Source of the DNA: an uncultured virus (IMG/VR IMGVR_UViG_3300033069_001715)
Lineage: Duplodnaviria > Heunggongvirae > Uroviricota > Caudoviricetes
Strand: one strand, 5' to 3'
Virus record (IMG/VR): IMGVR_UViG_3300033069_001715
Length of the DNA: 20,000 bases
How positions within the stretch are numbered: the first letter of the stretch is position 1; the number at the start of each line of letters is the position of its first letter. Of this stretch, positions 8,850 to 16,395 are shown piece after piece. A program made the translations under genes and the position numbers. Below the pieces are notes generated by a model. That model was not told the origin of the DNA. It did not search any database and was given only the letters and a program-made list of their open reading frames with translations.

Positions 8850-9343
8850 TACAGAGTCCCCTGCTTACAAACTTCGGCCAGAAGCTCCTTACGCGTCGTT
8901 TGCATCGATTTGAGGTTCCGCCGAAGCTTAGCCTCCTCCTTCCAAACGTCATGTAGCTGACAAGCCATCACCTTAATCTCTTCATTTGGCCAGCCATGTC
9001 CAGTGACGCATAAGTGCGGGTTAGTCCACTCGACGCAGCGGTCGTCGGCCACAAAACCAATGGTCTTTGACAGAGCGACCGGCAGTCCGTCTTGTTTGGG
9101 CATCTCAACCAAGAGCGACTCAAAGACCAGTACCTGCAGCATCGGATGTGCATGCTCTTCAGCTAAGTACCGCTTACTCCACTCTCGCAGATTCTCCGAC
9201 CACATGTTGCACAGATAAGGCCCGTCAACAAGCGAACAGTAGTTTCCATAGTCCATCGGATAAGGACCGTCACTAACACCAACGCACGACTCCATTCCGA
9301 CAATCGGCTCGAAGTACTTAAGTTCCGCTTTGAACGTCTGCAT
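8849..9343 (-). CDS. hypothetical protein (164 aa)
   Basis: AAGGTG upstream; overlaps neighbours. Confidence 0.8.
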   Translation of the reverse strand: MQTFKAELKYFEPIVGMESCVGVSDGPYPMDYGNYCSLVDGPYLCNMWSENLREWSKRYLAEEHAHPMLQVLVFESLLVEMPKQDGLPVALSKTIGFVADDRCVEWTNPHLCVTGHGWPNEEIKVMACQLHDVWKEEAKLRRNLKSMQTTRKELLAEVCKQGTL

Positions 9344-9608
9344 AGCCAGGCACCTTTGTTAAGTCATGGGAAATGTCGTAAATCACTCGCGTGGTTAAGG
9401 ACTTCACCACCGCCGGTCTGCCGCTAGGGCTCATCAAAAACATCTGGGCCATTGCCAATGCGTGGCCGTACACCTCAAACTGCGTGGCTTCATTGATATT
9501 GCCGGTAACACCAACAGTATTTGAAGCGTCTATACGCAAGTACTCATCCAACCCCTTTTCTCTTGGCGGGTTGGGATAACAGACTATTGCTCGGACGACG
9601 ACTGACAT
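9318..9608 (-). CDS. hypothetical protein (96 aa)
   Basis: AGGAG RBS before the ATG at 9608. Confidence 0.78.
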   Translation of the reverse strand: MSVVVRAIVCYPNPPREKGLDEYLRIDASNTVGVTGNINEATQFEVYGHALAMAQMFLMSPSGRPAVVKSLTTRVIYDISHDLTKVPGYADVQSGT

Positions 9609-10219
9609 TTGATTACTCCTGTATCAGCAACAGCGTAGCATGGCCCAGTGTCGACAAACCTTGGGTCCCAAAGAACGCAACTTGTGTCCAACAGCACAAG
9701 CTTCTGCAGGGCATTGAAGTTTCGCCATACGTTAACTGCAAATGCACTCATATCGATCTCCGATACCGTGCACTTGCATCTAACCTGAATGTCCGTCGTC
9801 TGTGTAAGCAGCCACTGAGTTCGAGTGTCCGCGTCATAACAAGCAAAAATCGGCTTGTTCTCCAGCTCCACCATGTACACCGTGGTTGTTCGTCTAACTG
9901 GAGCCTCCGCCTTGTTACCCTCGTGCCACCGATGAACCTCCTCAAACATCCGACTATCTGAGAGCTTGCTGTGGCACAGCAGGCCGCCCAAAGAATCTCG
10001 GCAAATGAATTCCGGCTTATCAGTATCCCACTCCCACAAATGATCGTTCATAGTCCCGCGACGATAGGCGATGACAAACCTAGGGTTAACGGCAAGAATC
10101 ACCAAAACCGGCGCATCAAAACAAGCTGTCCAGAAATCACCAGGCTGCGGATTCTCGATATGGTAATCTCGCTTGGCGGTCTCCCAGTCCTTAGCTGCAT
10201 ATGTCTTGTTCACACTCAC
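9584..10219 (-). CDS. hypothetical protein (211 aa)
   Basis: GTG start (10219, or 10213 with GAGG as RBS); long ORF. Confidence 0.82.
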   Translation of the reverse strand: MSVNKTYAAKDWETAKRDYHIENPQPGDFWTACFDAPVLVILAVNPRFVIAYRRGTMNDHLWEWDTDKPEFICRDSLGGLLCHSKLSDSRMFEEVHRWHEGNKAEAPVRRTTTVYMVELENKPIFACYDADTRTQWLLTQTTDIQVRCKCTVSEIDMSAFAVNVWRNFNALQKLVLLDTSCVLWDPRFVDTGPCYAVADTGVIKCQSSSEQ

Positions 10220-10554
10220 CTCAACTTAAAAACTGCCGAATATGTCTTGTTCTACGTGCTCTAAACCGTGAACGCGTGATCAAAATGATCAGGCCTGTAC
10301 CTTGCAAAACAAACCTGACATTCCCAAAACGAAGGTCTTGGAGGCCAGACTGTCTTACCCACACTGGACGGGTAGATAGCGTGTATATCTGTTGACCCAC
10401 AATTGCACGCAAGCGCCGTAGAACAATGCAACGGACATGAAGCCCCAACAACGTCACTTGGCACTTCCTTGGAACCGCCCGTAATCTCTTCAGTCATAAT
10501 CTCTCCAATCGTCGCTATCGTTTATGTTCACCTCGACTTAAAAAGAGCTGAATA
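10216..10554. repeat. 27-bp imperfect direct repeat (10216..10242 and 10528..10554) flanking a small ORF
   Basis: TCACCTCAACTTAAAAACTGCCGAATA versus TCACCTCGACTTAAAAAGAGCTGAATA (23/27 identical). On the minus strand they encode YSAVFKLR* and YSALFKSR*. Confidence 0.75.
10261..10497 (-). CDS. small putative zinc-ribbon protein (78 aa)
   Basis: GGAGAG RBS; CNCGS...WECQVC motif pair. Confidence 0.75.
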   Translation of the reverse strand: MTEEITGGSKEVPSDVVGASCPLHCSTALACNCGSTDIHAIYPSSVGKTVWPPRPSFWECQVCFARYRPDHFDHAFTV

Positions 10555-10959
10555 GTACCAACGTCCAGATGCCTCACTTCGCTTAGACCAGAACGCCATC
10601 AGCGGCCACTCTTTGTGTGGCGGCAAGATCTTGTCAGCAGTGGGCTCGTCATAGTGAAATCCGTACGCGTGGTAATAGCCTGTTGGAGGCAAGTTACCAG
10701 ACAAACGAACCGACTTCTCGCCAGCCTCTACCAACGATTTATCTCTATCAACCATGGCCGTAACCTCTCTGGCGCAAAACGACTCTGAATCTGCGATCGA
10801 TAGTTCGGGTAACCGCTCTACCGATAGCTGTATCGGCGGCTTGGCCTTGGAGTACTCCGCCTGAAGAAATATCCCAGCCAGCATCAAGCAGACTAACACG
10901 CAAATGAACAGCACAAAGACCACTAAATCGTAACCTGTAAACTTGCTGGCCATGCTCAC
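10528..10959 (-). CDS. membrane-anchored hypothetical protein, tandem paralog A
   Basis: N-terminal TM segment (LVVFVLFICVLVCLMLAGIFL); PPTGYYHAYGF and RWYYSALFKSR motifs shared with 10956..11396. Confidence 0.85.
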   Translation of the reverse strand: MSMASKFTGYDLVVFVLFICVLVCLMLAGIFLQAEYSKAKPPIQLSVERLPELSIADSESFCAREVTAMVDRDKSLVEAGEKSVRLSGNLPPTGYYHAYGFHYDEPTADKILPPHKEWPLMAFWSKRSEASGRWYYSALFKSR

Positions 10960-11396
10960 CTTCTCCTGTAAAGAACTGAGTAGTAAGTCCTTGGGGACTC
11001 CATATTGCGGTCAATGAAATAACTCACCAGCTGATAGTTCTCACCTGACGACTCCATCTTCGAAATGCTCACGTGCTGCAAGCTGTACCCGAACTTATGG
11101 TAGTAGCCCGCTGGTGGAAACGTTCTAGCAAGCAGCTTTGGCTCTTCGCCGTCCTGGGTCGCCTTGCGTTCATCGACAAGCATCTGAAGAACTTGGGCCC
11201 TGACGAACTGGTTTACATCAAAGCTCTTATCAACCTCGTCATCGCTCTGTGAAACCTCAACTACCACGTGAGCGTCGGGACGTTTAGGTCTGACCCGTAG
11301 CATCGCCAGCACGACGACAATCGCCACTACAACAACAAACGCTGCAACCTCACCAATAAGCGAAAGTGCAGCGTCAGAAAATTGGAACTTGGACAT
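10956..11396 (-). CDS. membrane-anchored hypothetical protein, tandem paralog B
   Basis: GAGGAG RBS; N-terminal TM segment (VAAFVVVVAIVVVLAML); PPAGYYHKFGY and RTYYSVLYRRR motifs. Confidence 0.85.
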   Translation of the reverse strand: MSKFQFSDAALSLIGEVAAFVVVVAIVVVLAMLRVRPKRPDAHVVVEVSQSDDEVDKSFDVNQFVRAQVLQMLVDERKATQDGEEPKLLARTFPPAGYYHKFGYSLQHVSISKMESSGENYQLVSYFIDRNMESPRTYYSVLYRRR

Positions 11397-11407
11397 AGCC
11401 TCTCCTC

Positions 11408-11422
11408 GCGACAGCGCTGTCT
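11408..11422. promoter_or_regulatory. dispersed palindromic motif, opposite orientation
   Basis: GCGACAGCGCTGTCT is the reverse complement of AGACAGCGCTGTCGC. It fills the gap between the TAA of 11423..11671 and the GAGGAG RBS of 10956..11396. Confidence 0.8.
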
Positions 11423-11671
11423 TTAATTTCGACCGTCTTTTCGTATCTCGTCCAGCAGCTCACGTCGCTCCCGATCAAGCCTCGCCTGATCAACCTCAAA
11501 GAACTCATCTAAGAGCTTTGATAATTCAAGCGGAGCTGGCTTTTCAGGACTAACGCCATCGTAATCAAGACGAATTCCGTACTCGCTTTCAATCCAGAAG
11601 AGAAACTCCATTACGGCGATGTACTTACCATGGACACTCCGCCAGTGCTCGAGCTGATTTCTGTCAGCCAT
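11423..11671 (-). CDS. hypothetical phage protein (82 aa)
   Basis: GAGG RBS; C-terminal LLDEFFEVDQARLDRERRELL helix. Confidence 0.8.
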   Translation of the reverse strand: MADRNQLEHWRSVHGKYIAVMEFLFWIESEYGIRLDYDGVSPEKPAPLELSKLLDEFFEVDQARLDRERRELLDEIRKDGRN

Positions 11672-11673
11672 GG

Positions 11674-11916
11674 CTAATCATCCTCGTCATCGTCATCCCA
11701 GTCATCGTCGTCATCATCTTCATCGTCGTCCCAGTCATCATCGATGTCGTCTTCGTCTTCTTCCAGCTCACTTTCGACTAACTCGACGTAGTCGCCTGCG
11801 TGATCTCGAAGATCTCGCATGCTCTCTCGCGTCTTGGCCTTACTGACACTGGTGTCGCTGAAGACTCGGGTGATGGCCGCTTTGGCCTGCTCGACTAAGG
11901 TCTCATGTGTCGACAT
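11674..11916 (-). CDS. small helical protein with very acidic C-terminal tail (80 aa)
   Basis: GAGGAG RBS; tail EEDEDDIDDDWDDDEDDDDDDWDDDDEDD. Confidence 0.85.
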   Translation of the reverse strand: MSTHETLVEQAKAAITRVFSDTSVSKAKTRESMRDLRDHAGDYVELVESELEEDEDDIDDDWDDDEDDDDDDWDDDDEDD

Positions 11917-11953
11917 TGGTTTCTCCTCTAAATTTGTGTGGTTTCCATCTTGC

Positions 11954-12280
11954 CTACGCCTGAACCTCGACGCACCAGTTCGCTTCTGGTGTGTCGTCCA
12001 TAAACACCGTCAAATTGCCCTTGGACAGCGAAGGCGGAAAGGCCCACGGGAACAGTTCCCGAAGTCGCCCCACTGCTCGAACATCCCACTGTCGCAGAAC
12101 CTCCGCCGCCTTATCTGCATAGACCCGGCGTATCTCGTCAGCTCGAAGGCCCTTAGCTGCCTCGAACTCACTCAGTGCCAGGTCCATCAAGATGTCAGTA
12201 GCGACTGTACCGATGTCCGCCCTCACTATGTGAAAGTGAACCTGATCAATCACCTTCTGCTTTACCGTCTCCCACTTCAT
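11954..12280 (-). CDS. hypothetical protein (108 aa)
   Basis: Track ORF 11954..12460. Start moved to ATG 12280 (MKWETVK), which has an AGGAG RBS and avoids a long overlap. Confidence 0.78.
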   Translation of the reverse strand: MKWETVKQKVIDQVHFHIVRADIGTVATDILMDLALSEFEAAKGLRADEIRRVYADKAAEVLRQWDVRAVGRLRELFPWAFPPSLSKGNLTVFMDDTPEANWCVEVQA

Positions 12281-12524
12281 CGGGATTCTCCTGAACAAGA
12301 GTTGGTAACTCAATCCATCCAAGTGGCTTTGATAGGTCAAAAGCGAACAGGTGGCCGATGATACTAATATTGGACCTGAACTGCGCTGAATGCCATCGTC
12401 GACCCAGCGATTCCTTTTCAAGGAGAACCAGCACAGGCGTTCCGTCTGTAGGTACCTCACTCATCGGTCTAAGCCGAGTCTTAACGCCAAAGAACGTCAC
12501 CAGCGGTAGCTTCTCAGTCGCCAT
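12246..12524 (-). CDS. small phage protein, DUF551-like pattern
   Basis: RPMSEVPTDGTPVLV...PLGWIELP resembles the common phage 'P..TAP.DGT.VL...W..LP' pattern; GGAG RBS. Confidence 0.7.
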   Translation of the reverse strand: MATEKLPLVTFFGVKTRLRPMSEVPTDGTPVLVLLEKESLGRRWHSAQFRSNISIIGHLFAFDLSKPLGWIELPTLVQENPDEVGDGKAEGD

Positions 12525-12741
12525 CGGGATCAGCTCCGAATACTAACTTCTTAGTCGCAACTGGCCCTTGAGCTATCAGGTAGCCAATCAAGAAAATAGT
12601 CAGCGGCAACCAAAAGACAGCCACCAGTAGCGCTCGCACGGGACTCTGGTCCACAATTACGTAATACACTCCCAAGCTGCACAACACCGGTACGATCCCT
12701 GCGACATACATGACGCAGAGATAAGCTAAAAACTCTGACAC
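12514..12741 (-). CDS. small integral membrane protein (75 aa, two TM segments)
   Basis: GGAGG RBS with GTG start; two hydrophobic stretches. Confidence 0.8.
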   Translation of the reverse strand: MSEFLAYLCVMYVAGIVPVLCSLGVYYVIVDQSPVRALLVAVFWLPLTIFLIGYLIAQGPVATKKLVFGADPDGD

Positions 12742-12765
12742 TGTAACCTCCGTTGTGTTGGATCA

Positions 12766-12996
12766 TTAGGTCTTAGGTCTTGCAAGTTCCACCACCGCCT
12801 TGAGCATTGCCATTCGCTGCTGCGGGTGACTGAGAGACCAGAGTATTCCAGAAAGGAATGCCTGCCTGACCTCTTGAAACTGAGTACCGCTGGTAACCTG
12901 GTCGCCATAGCAAGCTTGGCGATACTCCTCAAAGGCGTCTAGGATCAGCTGCTTGTGATCCACCGGCTCGGGATTTCTGTTGACAGGTTGGATCAC
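12766..12996 (-). CDS. conserved small phage hypothetical protein (76 aa)
   Basis: GTGA overlap; QFQEVRQAFLSG resembles a recurrent phage 'Q..E.R.AF..G' family (from memory). Confidence 0.75.
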   Translation of the reverse strand: MIQPVNRNPEPVDHKQLILDAFEEYRQACYGDQVTSGTQFQEVRQAFLSGILWSLSHPQQRMAMLKAVVELARPKT

Positions 12997-13490
12997 GAGA
13001 AGAACCTTTCCATAAACTCCTCAATTGCCTCTTCAGCTTCTTCGGCGTCACGAGTTGGAAGCCTGTCGAGCATCTGTTTCATCTGCTCAATCGTGACATC
13101 TTTGCATTCCTGCTTAGTCAGTGGCTTTGCCCACTTGTTAAGCTTAGCGGCTATCTCCGAGTATCGGTTAACCAAGTCCACAACCGCGTTAACGAAATCA
13201 ATCTTGTCCTTGTGACTAATCACGTTGGGGTTGCGAAACACCCCGCTACACGTTGAGTACTCAGCCATAGTAGCCAGCTCATCTGCACCCTCCTGCGCGT
13301 CAGCCAACGTGCGATACAAGTAGGGCCTGCCTCCTTCTCCGTCAATCACGTCACCCTCAGGATTGAGCACATGGTAGAAGCCGTTGTAGGGCTCCTGCAT
13401 GGTGTTCAAATTCGCGAGATACATCCCGTTGAGGGTAACGCTATCTCGCGGAACAGCTTTGAAGCCATTGCCTAGATCTATGAGAATCAC
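12993..13490 (-). CDS. hypothetical protein (165 aa)
   Basis: GGGAG RBS; GTGA overlap. Confidence 0.8.
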   Translation of the reverse strand: MILIDLGNGFKAVPRDSVTLNGMYLANLNTMQEPYNGFYHVLNPEGDVIDGEGGRPYLYRTLADAQEGADELATMAEYSTCSGVFRNPNVISHKDKIDFVNAVVDLVNRYSEIAAKLNKWAKPLTKQECKDVTIEQMKQMLDRLPTRDAEEAEEAIEEFMERFFS

Positions 13491-13732
13491 TGCTTCTCCC
13501 TAAACCAAATGGTGTCCGGCGTTGGCTTTGTTGCACAAGCCGGACATAAATCGATCCACACCTTGGGCGATATCTTTCGCCTCTTCCACGACGCCTCTTT
13601 GGCCTCACGTCTTAGATCGGCCGTGCCGTTGCCTTTAGTGACGCCACCATGATTGGCCACCAACTCCATCGACCATTCCAGGCGACGTCTACAAACATCG
13701 CACTGAAGCTCAAACTGCTTAACTACGGACAC
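13487..13732 (-). CDS. small zinc-binding protein (81 aa)
   Basis: CDVC...DLCPAC motifs. Confidence 0.8.
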   Translation of the reverse strand: MSVVKQFELQCDVCRRRLEWSMELVANHGGVTKGNGTADLRREAKEASWKRRKISPKVWIDLCPACATKPTPDTIWFREKQ

Positions 13733-13938
13733 TGCAATGGGTCGCAGGCGGCATTGATCTGCGCAGCGATCGCGTCAAGTTCCAATCGAGCATTGTCATC
13801 AGGAACTGGAACCTCTATGACTCCGAACGTCGTTTTCACGAGTACTTTCGAAAGACTTGGGTTGAACGGCTCACGTGTAAGCGACAAGACTGTTGTAGGG
13901 TCGATCCAAACGCCGTTTGGAAGCTTCATGAGTTTCAT
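13723..13938 (-). CDS. small hypothetical protein (71 aa)
   Basis: GGAG RBS before the ATG at 13938. Confidence 0.8.
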   Translation of the reverse strand: MKLMKLPNGVWIDPTTVLSLTREPFNPSLSKVLVKTTFGVIEVPVPDDNARLELDAIAAQINAACDPLQCP

Positions 13939-13972
13939 TGGTAATCTCCGTGTTTAGTTTCTGAACTTAGAA

Positions 13973-15673
13973 TTAACGTTTGCTTTTGGCCGCCTCACGA
14001 GCAACCGACTTCAGCTTGCCGTGTTTCTTCGCAAAGCCTGGGCTCAAGAGCTTAGCATAGCCTGCACTGATAGCATCCCCATGACAGGCCAGCACCAACT
14101 CATGGAACGAGTTATAGAACTCAGGGGTATGCAGGTGCGTGTCTTCGGTTGAGCTGTCATGTGTCAACTCATGAATCAGCACCGACGCGACATTGCCGAT
14201 TCCCCGAAGCGTCATAGTTTGACTCTTTAGGAATGCCCTATCGAAGGTGATGGTTGTTTGTCCGTCAGTCCAAGCCTTCGCAGTTCCCTCGCTATCTCCA
14301 ACAAACAAGTTTCTATAGCGCCAGCGGTTTCCATCGGTCAGCTTCGTAAAGTAAGCTGACTTTCGAACAGCGGCTTGCATGATCGAAATCAAATCTATCC
14401 ACCGCTTCTCATGAGCATTCCACTGCTTTCGATCAACCACCTTCTTGGTCATATTCAGGGTCTTGCGGTAGTACTCCAACGACTGAGGTTTGAGTGCCGA
14501 GACAAAACTATGTGAATATAGCGCCGAGTGGATCTTTCCGATCGCCGAAATGATCTGATTAGTTCCTGAAGCAATACAGTTCCATCCATCTTGTCGCTTT
14601 GCCACCAGCACCTGTGGTAGTCGCTGCATCACTGCGTCACCAAAAGCGGCATCGGCAGCACTGTCACCGATCTGTACCACGGTCTGGAACTTCATCTCAA
14701 TATCTTTGAGCGAGAACTTCTTTCCATTAACAGCTGTAACTGTTGATGAAAGCCAAAGAAGCGCAAGATCCTCCCGAGTGATGTCACCCCTAAAAAATCG
14801 ATATGCGTAGCCCCTGAGAACGTCACACTTGGTCAGCTCCGGAGGCTTATCACCCTTTGGTTTGCGCGGCACCTCCTTCTTGATTCTCTGCCACACCTCG
14901 CACTCGGACAGTGGCTGGTTTCTGGCTACGTTCAATCGCATCGCCGTCTTGGATATAGCAATGACTTTGCCAACCATGTCAGGAAGTCGCTGCGTTCCAA
15001 CAAAGAGTCCATAGTTATAGAGCTCGATCCCGCTGTACCCGTTGGGGTCGAACTTGTAGTACGCCGTATCGGTAACCTGATCCCATGTACGCTTATCCAG
15101 GTCGCCACCTACAACCTCGTCGTTGATCTTCACCGCAATGGGCAAATACTTTAGGTCGCGACGAAGCTCGTCAACCAGGTCAAATAGATCCAGCGACTTG
15201 AGCGGCTCATAGAGCTCGATCTCCACCACCGTCCCGTTAACCTTGACCTTAGAGTGCTCGAGCAAAAACGCAGGTTGATCCTCATCAGAATCGCGAATGT
15301 CGACAATGATTACGTTGTCCCTGGTTCTCCATGTATTCACTCCAAAGGCGAACATCTGTCCCCGCCCAACGCAGAATTCACCGTAGGTCTTCGTCTGGTC
15401 CTCTTCCGGAGGTTGTCCCAGCGTGGCGAAACGGTTTCGAATCGTCTGCTCATCCATTCCCGCGCCGTTGTCGACAATCCGAACCTGGCTTGGCGTTATC
15501 TCAACTTCAAGCTCGGTACACCCAGCGTCGATACTGTTCATGATGCCCTCACAAATGGCATCTGATAGTTCGCCCGCCTGTCGCTCTATGGTTAGGCGAA
15601 TCATCCGTCGGTGCAGCTTCAGCTCAATCTTCTCGCTCTTAAGTCGCTTTGTTTTTGTAGTCATGACTTCCAT
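13973..15673 (-). CDS. GHKL (Hsp90/MutL/MORC-like) ATPase fused to a C-terminal HExxH zincin-like metallopeptidase domain
   Basis: GHKL motifs EGIMNSIDAG (N box), VDNGAGM (G1), GEFCVGRG (G2-like) and NGTVV. C-terminal LIHELTH...HLHTPEFY. Alternative start at 15664. Confidence 0.88.
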   Translation of the reverse strand: MEVMTTKTKRLKSEKIELKLHRRMIRLTIERQAGELSDAICEGIMNSIDAGCTELEVEITPSQVRIVDNGAGMDEQTIRNRFATLGQPPEEDQTKTYGEFCVGRGQMFAFGVNTWRTRDNVIIVDIRDSDEDQPAFLLEHSKVKVNGTVVEIELYEPLKSLDLFDLVDELRRDLKYLPIAVKINDEVVGGDLDKRTWDQVTDTAYYKFDPNGYSGIELYNYGLFVGTQRLPDMVGKVIAISKTAMRLNVARNQPLSECEVWQRIKKEVPRKPKGDKPPELTKCDVLRGYAYRFFRGDITREDLALLWLSSTVTAVNGKKFSLKDIEMKFQTVVQIGDSAADAAFGDAVMQRLPQVLVAKRQDGWNCIASGTNQIISAIGKIHSALYSHSFVSALKPQSLEYYRKTLNMTKKVVDRKQWNAHEKRWIDLISIMQAAVRKSAYFTKLTDGNRWRYRNLFVGDSEGTAKAWTDGQTTITFDRAFLKSQTMTLRGIGNVASVLIHELTHDSSTEDTHLHTPEFYNSFHELVLACHGDAISAGYAKLLSPGFAKKHGKLKSVAREAAKSKR

Positions 15674-15691
15674 TTGCTTTGTGGACTAACG

Positions 15692-15717
15692 AAAAGGGGC
15701 GAGTGTTACCTCGCCCC
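15692..15717 (-). terminator. intrinsic (rho-independent) terminator-like hairpin
   Basis: Minus strand reads GGGGCGAG-GTAACA-CTCGCCCC-TTTTCGTT: an 8-bp GC-rich stem followed by a U tract. Confidence 0.75.
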
Positions 15718-15747
15718 CATGCCTCTATTTACTAACACCTACAGCAA

Positions 15748-15915
15748 CTAGCCGTAGGTTGACGCCTTCTGTCTAGGGCGCATCCTCGACAAGCTCTCCC
15801 ACCAAATATCTTTGAGAGTCCGAATCAGCTTCAGGACGTGCTCAACAGCAGTGTATCCGCCATAGCCATAACTTCCTTCACACCAGTAGTACAGAAAGGC
15901 CCAAACGACGAACAT
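15748..15915 (-). CDS. small aromatic-rich protein (55 aa), below the ORF-track cutoff
   Basis: Hand-translated MFVVWAFLYYWCEGSYGYGGYTAVEHVLKLIRTLKDIWWESLSRMRPRQKASTYG*; TAAGGAG RBS. Confidence 0.72.
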   Translation of the reverse strand: MFVVWAFLYYWCEGSYGYGGYTAVEHVLKLIRTLKDIWWESLSRMRPRQKASTYG

Positions 15916-15924
15916 GCTGGCTCC

Positions 15925-16107
15925 TTACTTCTGACCTGGCTCGCACTGCTTATCAGCTGGAATCAGCTTCCGACATTCAACGCACGCGTGCTGGACTGTT
16001 CCACCAGTCTTGATGAAGCACCAGCCCTTGGGAAGCCCACCAGCAACGTGTTCAACCTTCTTGCAAGTATCGCACATGAACGTGCTCTTTCTACCCAGAT
16101 AGGTCAT
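15925..16107 (-). CDS. small zinc-binding protein (60 aa)
   Basis: GAGGAG RBS; CDTC...LPKGW...HACVEC. Confidence 0.8.
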   Translation of the reverse strand: MTYLGRKSTFMCDTCKKVEHVAGGLPKGWCFIKTGGTVQHACVECRKLIPADKQCEPGQK

Positions 16108-16395
16108 CTACCAACTCTCCTCGTTGTAGTAATCTTCCTGTGCCTGTAGGTCAGCTTCCGCCTGTTGGTCGATTTTCTCCTGCTCATCGATCTGCTGATA
16201 CCGATAAGCGTGTTCGCAATTGACCGAGTCGCACATCTTCCCGAATTCTCCAGTGCATGTTGCAGGCTCGCCGCAGTAGATGCATTTTTCGACCGGGTCG
16301 TTGTGGCAATAAATGCACCGTCCGTCCGCAAGCGGCGTGTCGTTGTAAAAGCGATGGCCGCATCCTGGACAACTGGGGACGCTATTGGATGCCAC
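16108..16395 (-). CDS. Cys-rich (multi-CxxC) protein with acidic tail (~95 aa)
   Basis: Track ORF 16108..16515. Start moved to GTG 16395 with AAGG upstream. Motifs CPGC, CIYC twice, C...CDSVNC. Confidence 0.72.
   Translation of the reverse strand: MASNSVPSCPGCGHRFYNDTPLADGRCIYCHNDPVEKCIYCGEPATCTGEFGKMCDSVNCEHAYRYQQIDEQEKIDQQAEADLQAQEDYYNEESW

Noticed and set aside
10221..10457. Alternative 78-aa minus-strand ORF
   Set aside because: Overlaps 10261..10497, which has the GGAG RBS and the CxxC-type motifs.
2300..14657. Weaker motif look-alikes: GACAGTGCCGTC near 2301, GACACTGGTGTC near 11845 and GGCAGCACTGTC near 14654
   Set aside because: Each has two or three core mismatches and lies inside coding sequence; compatible with chance.
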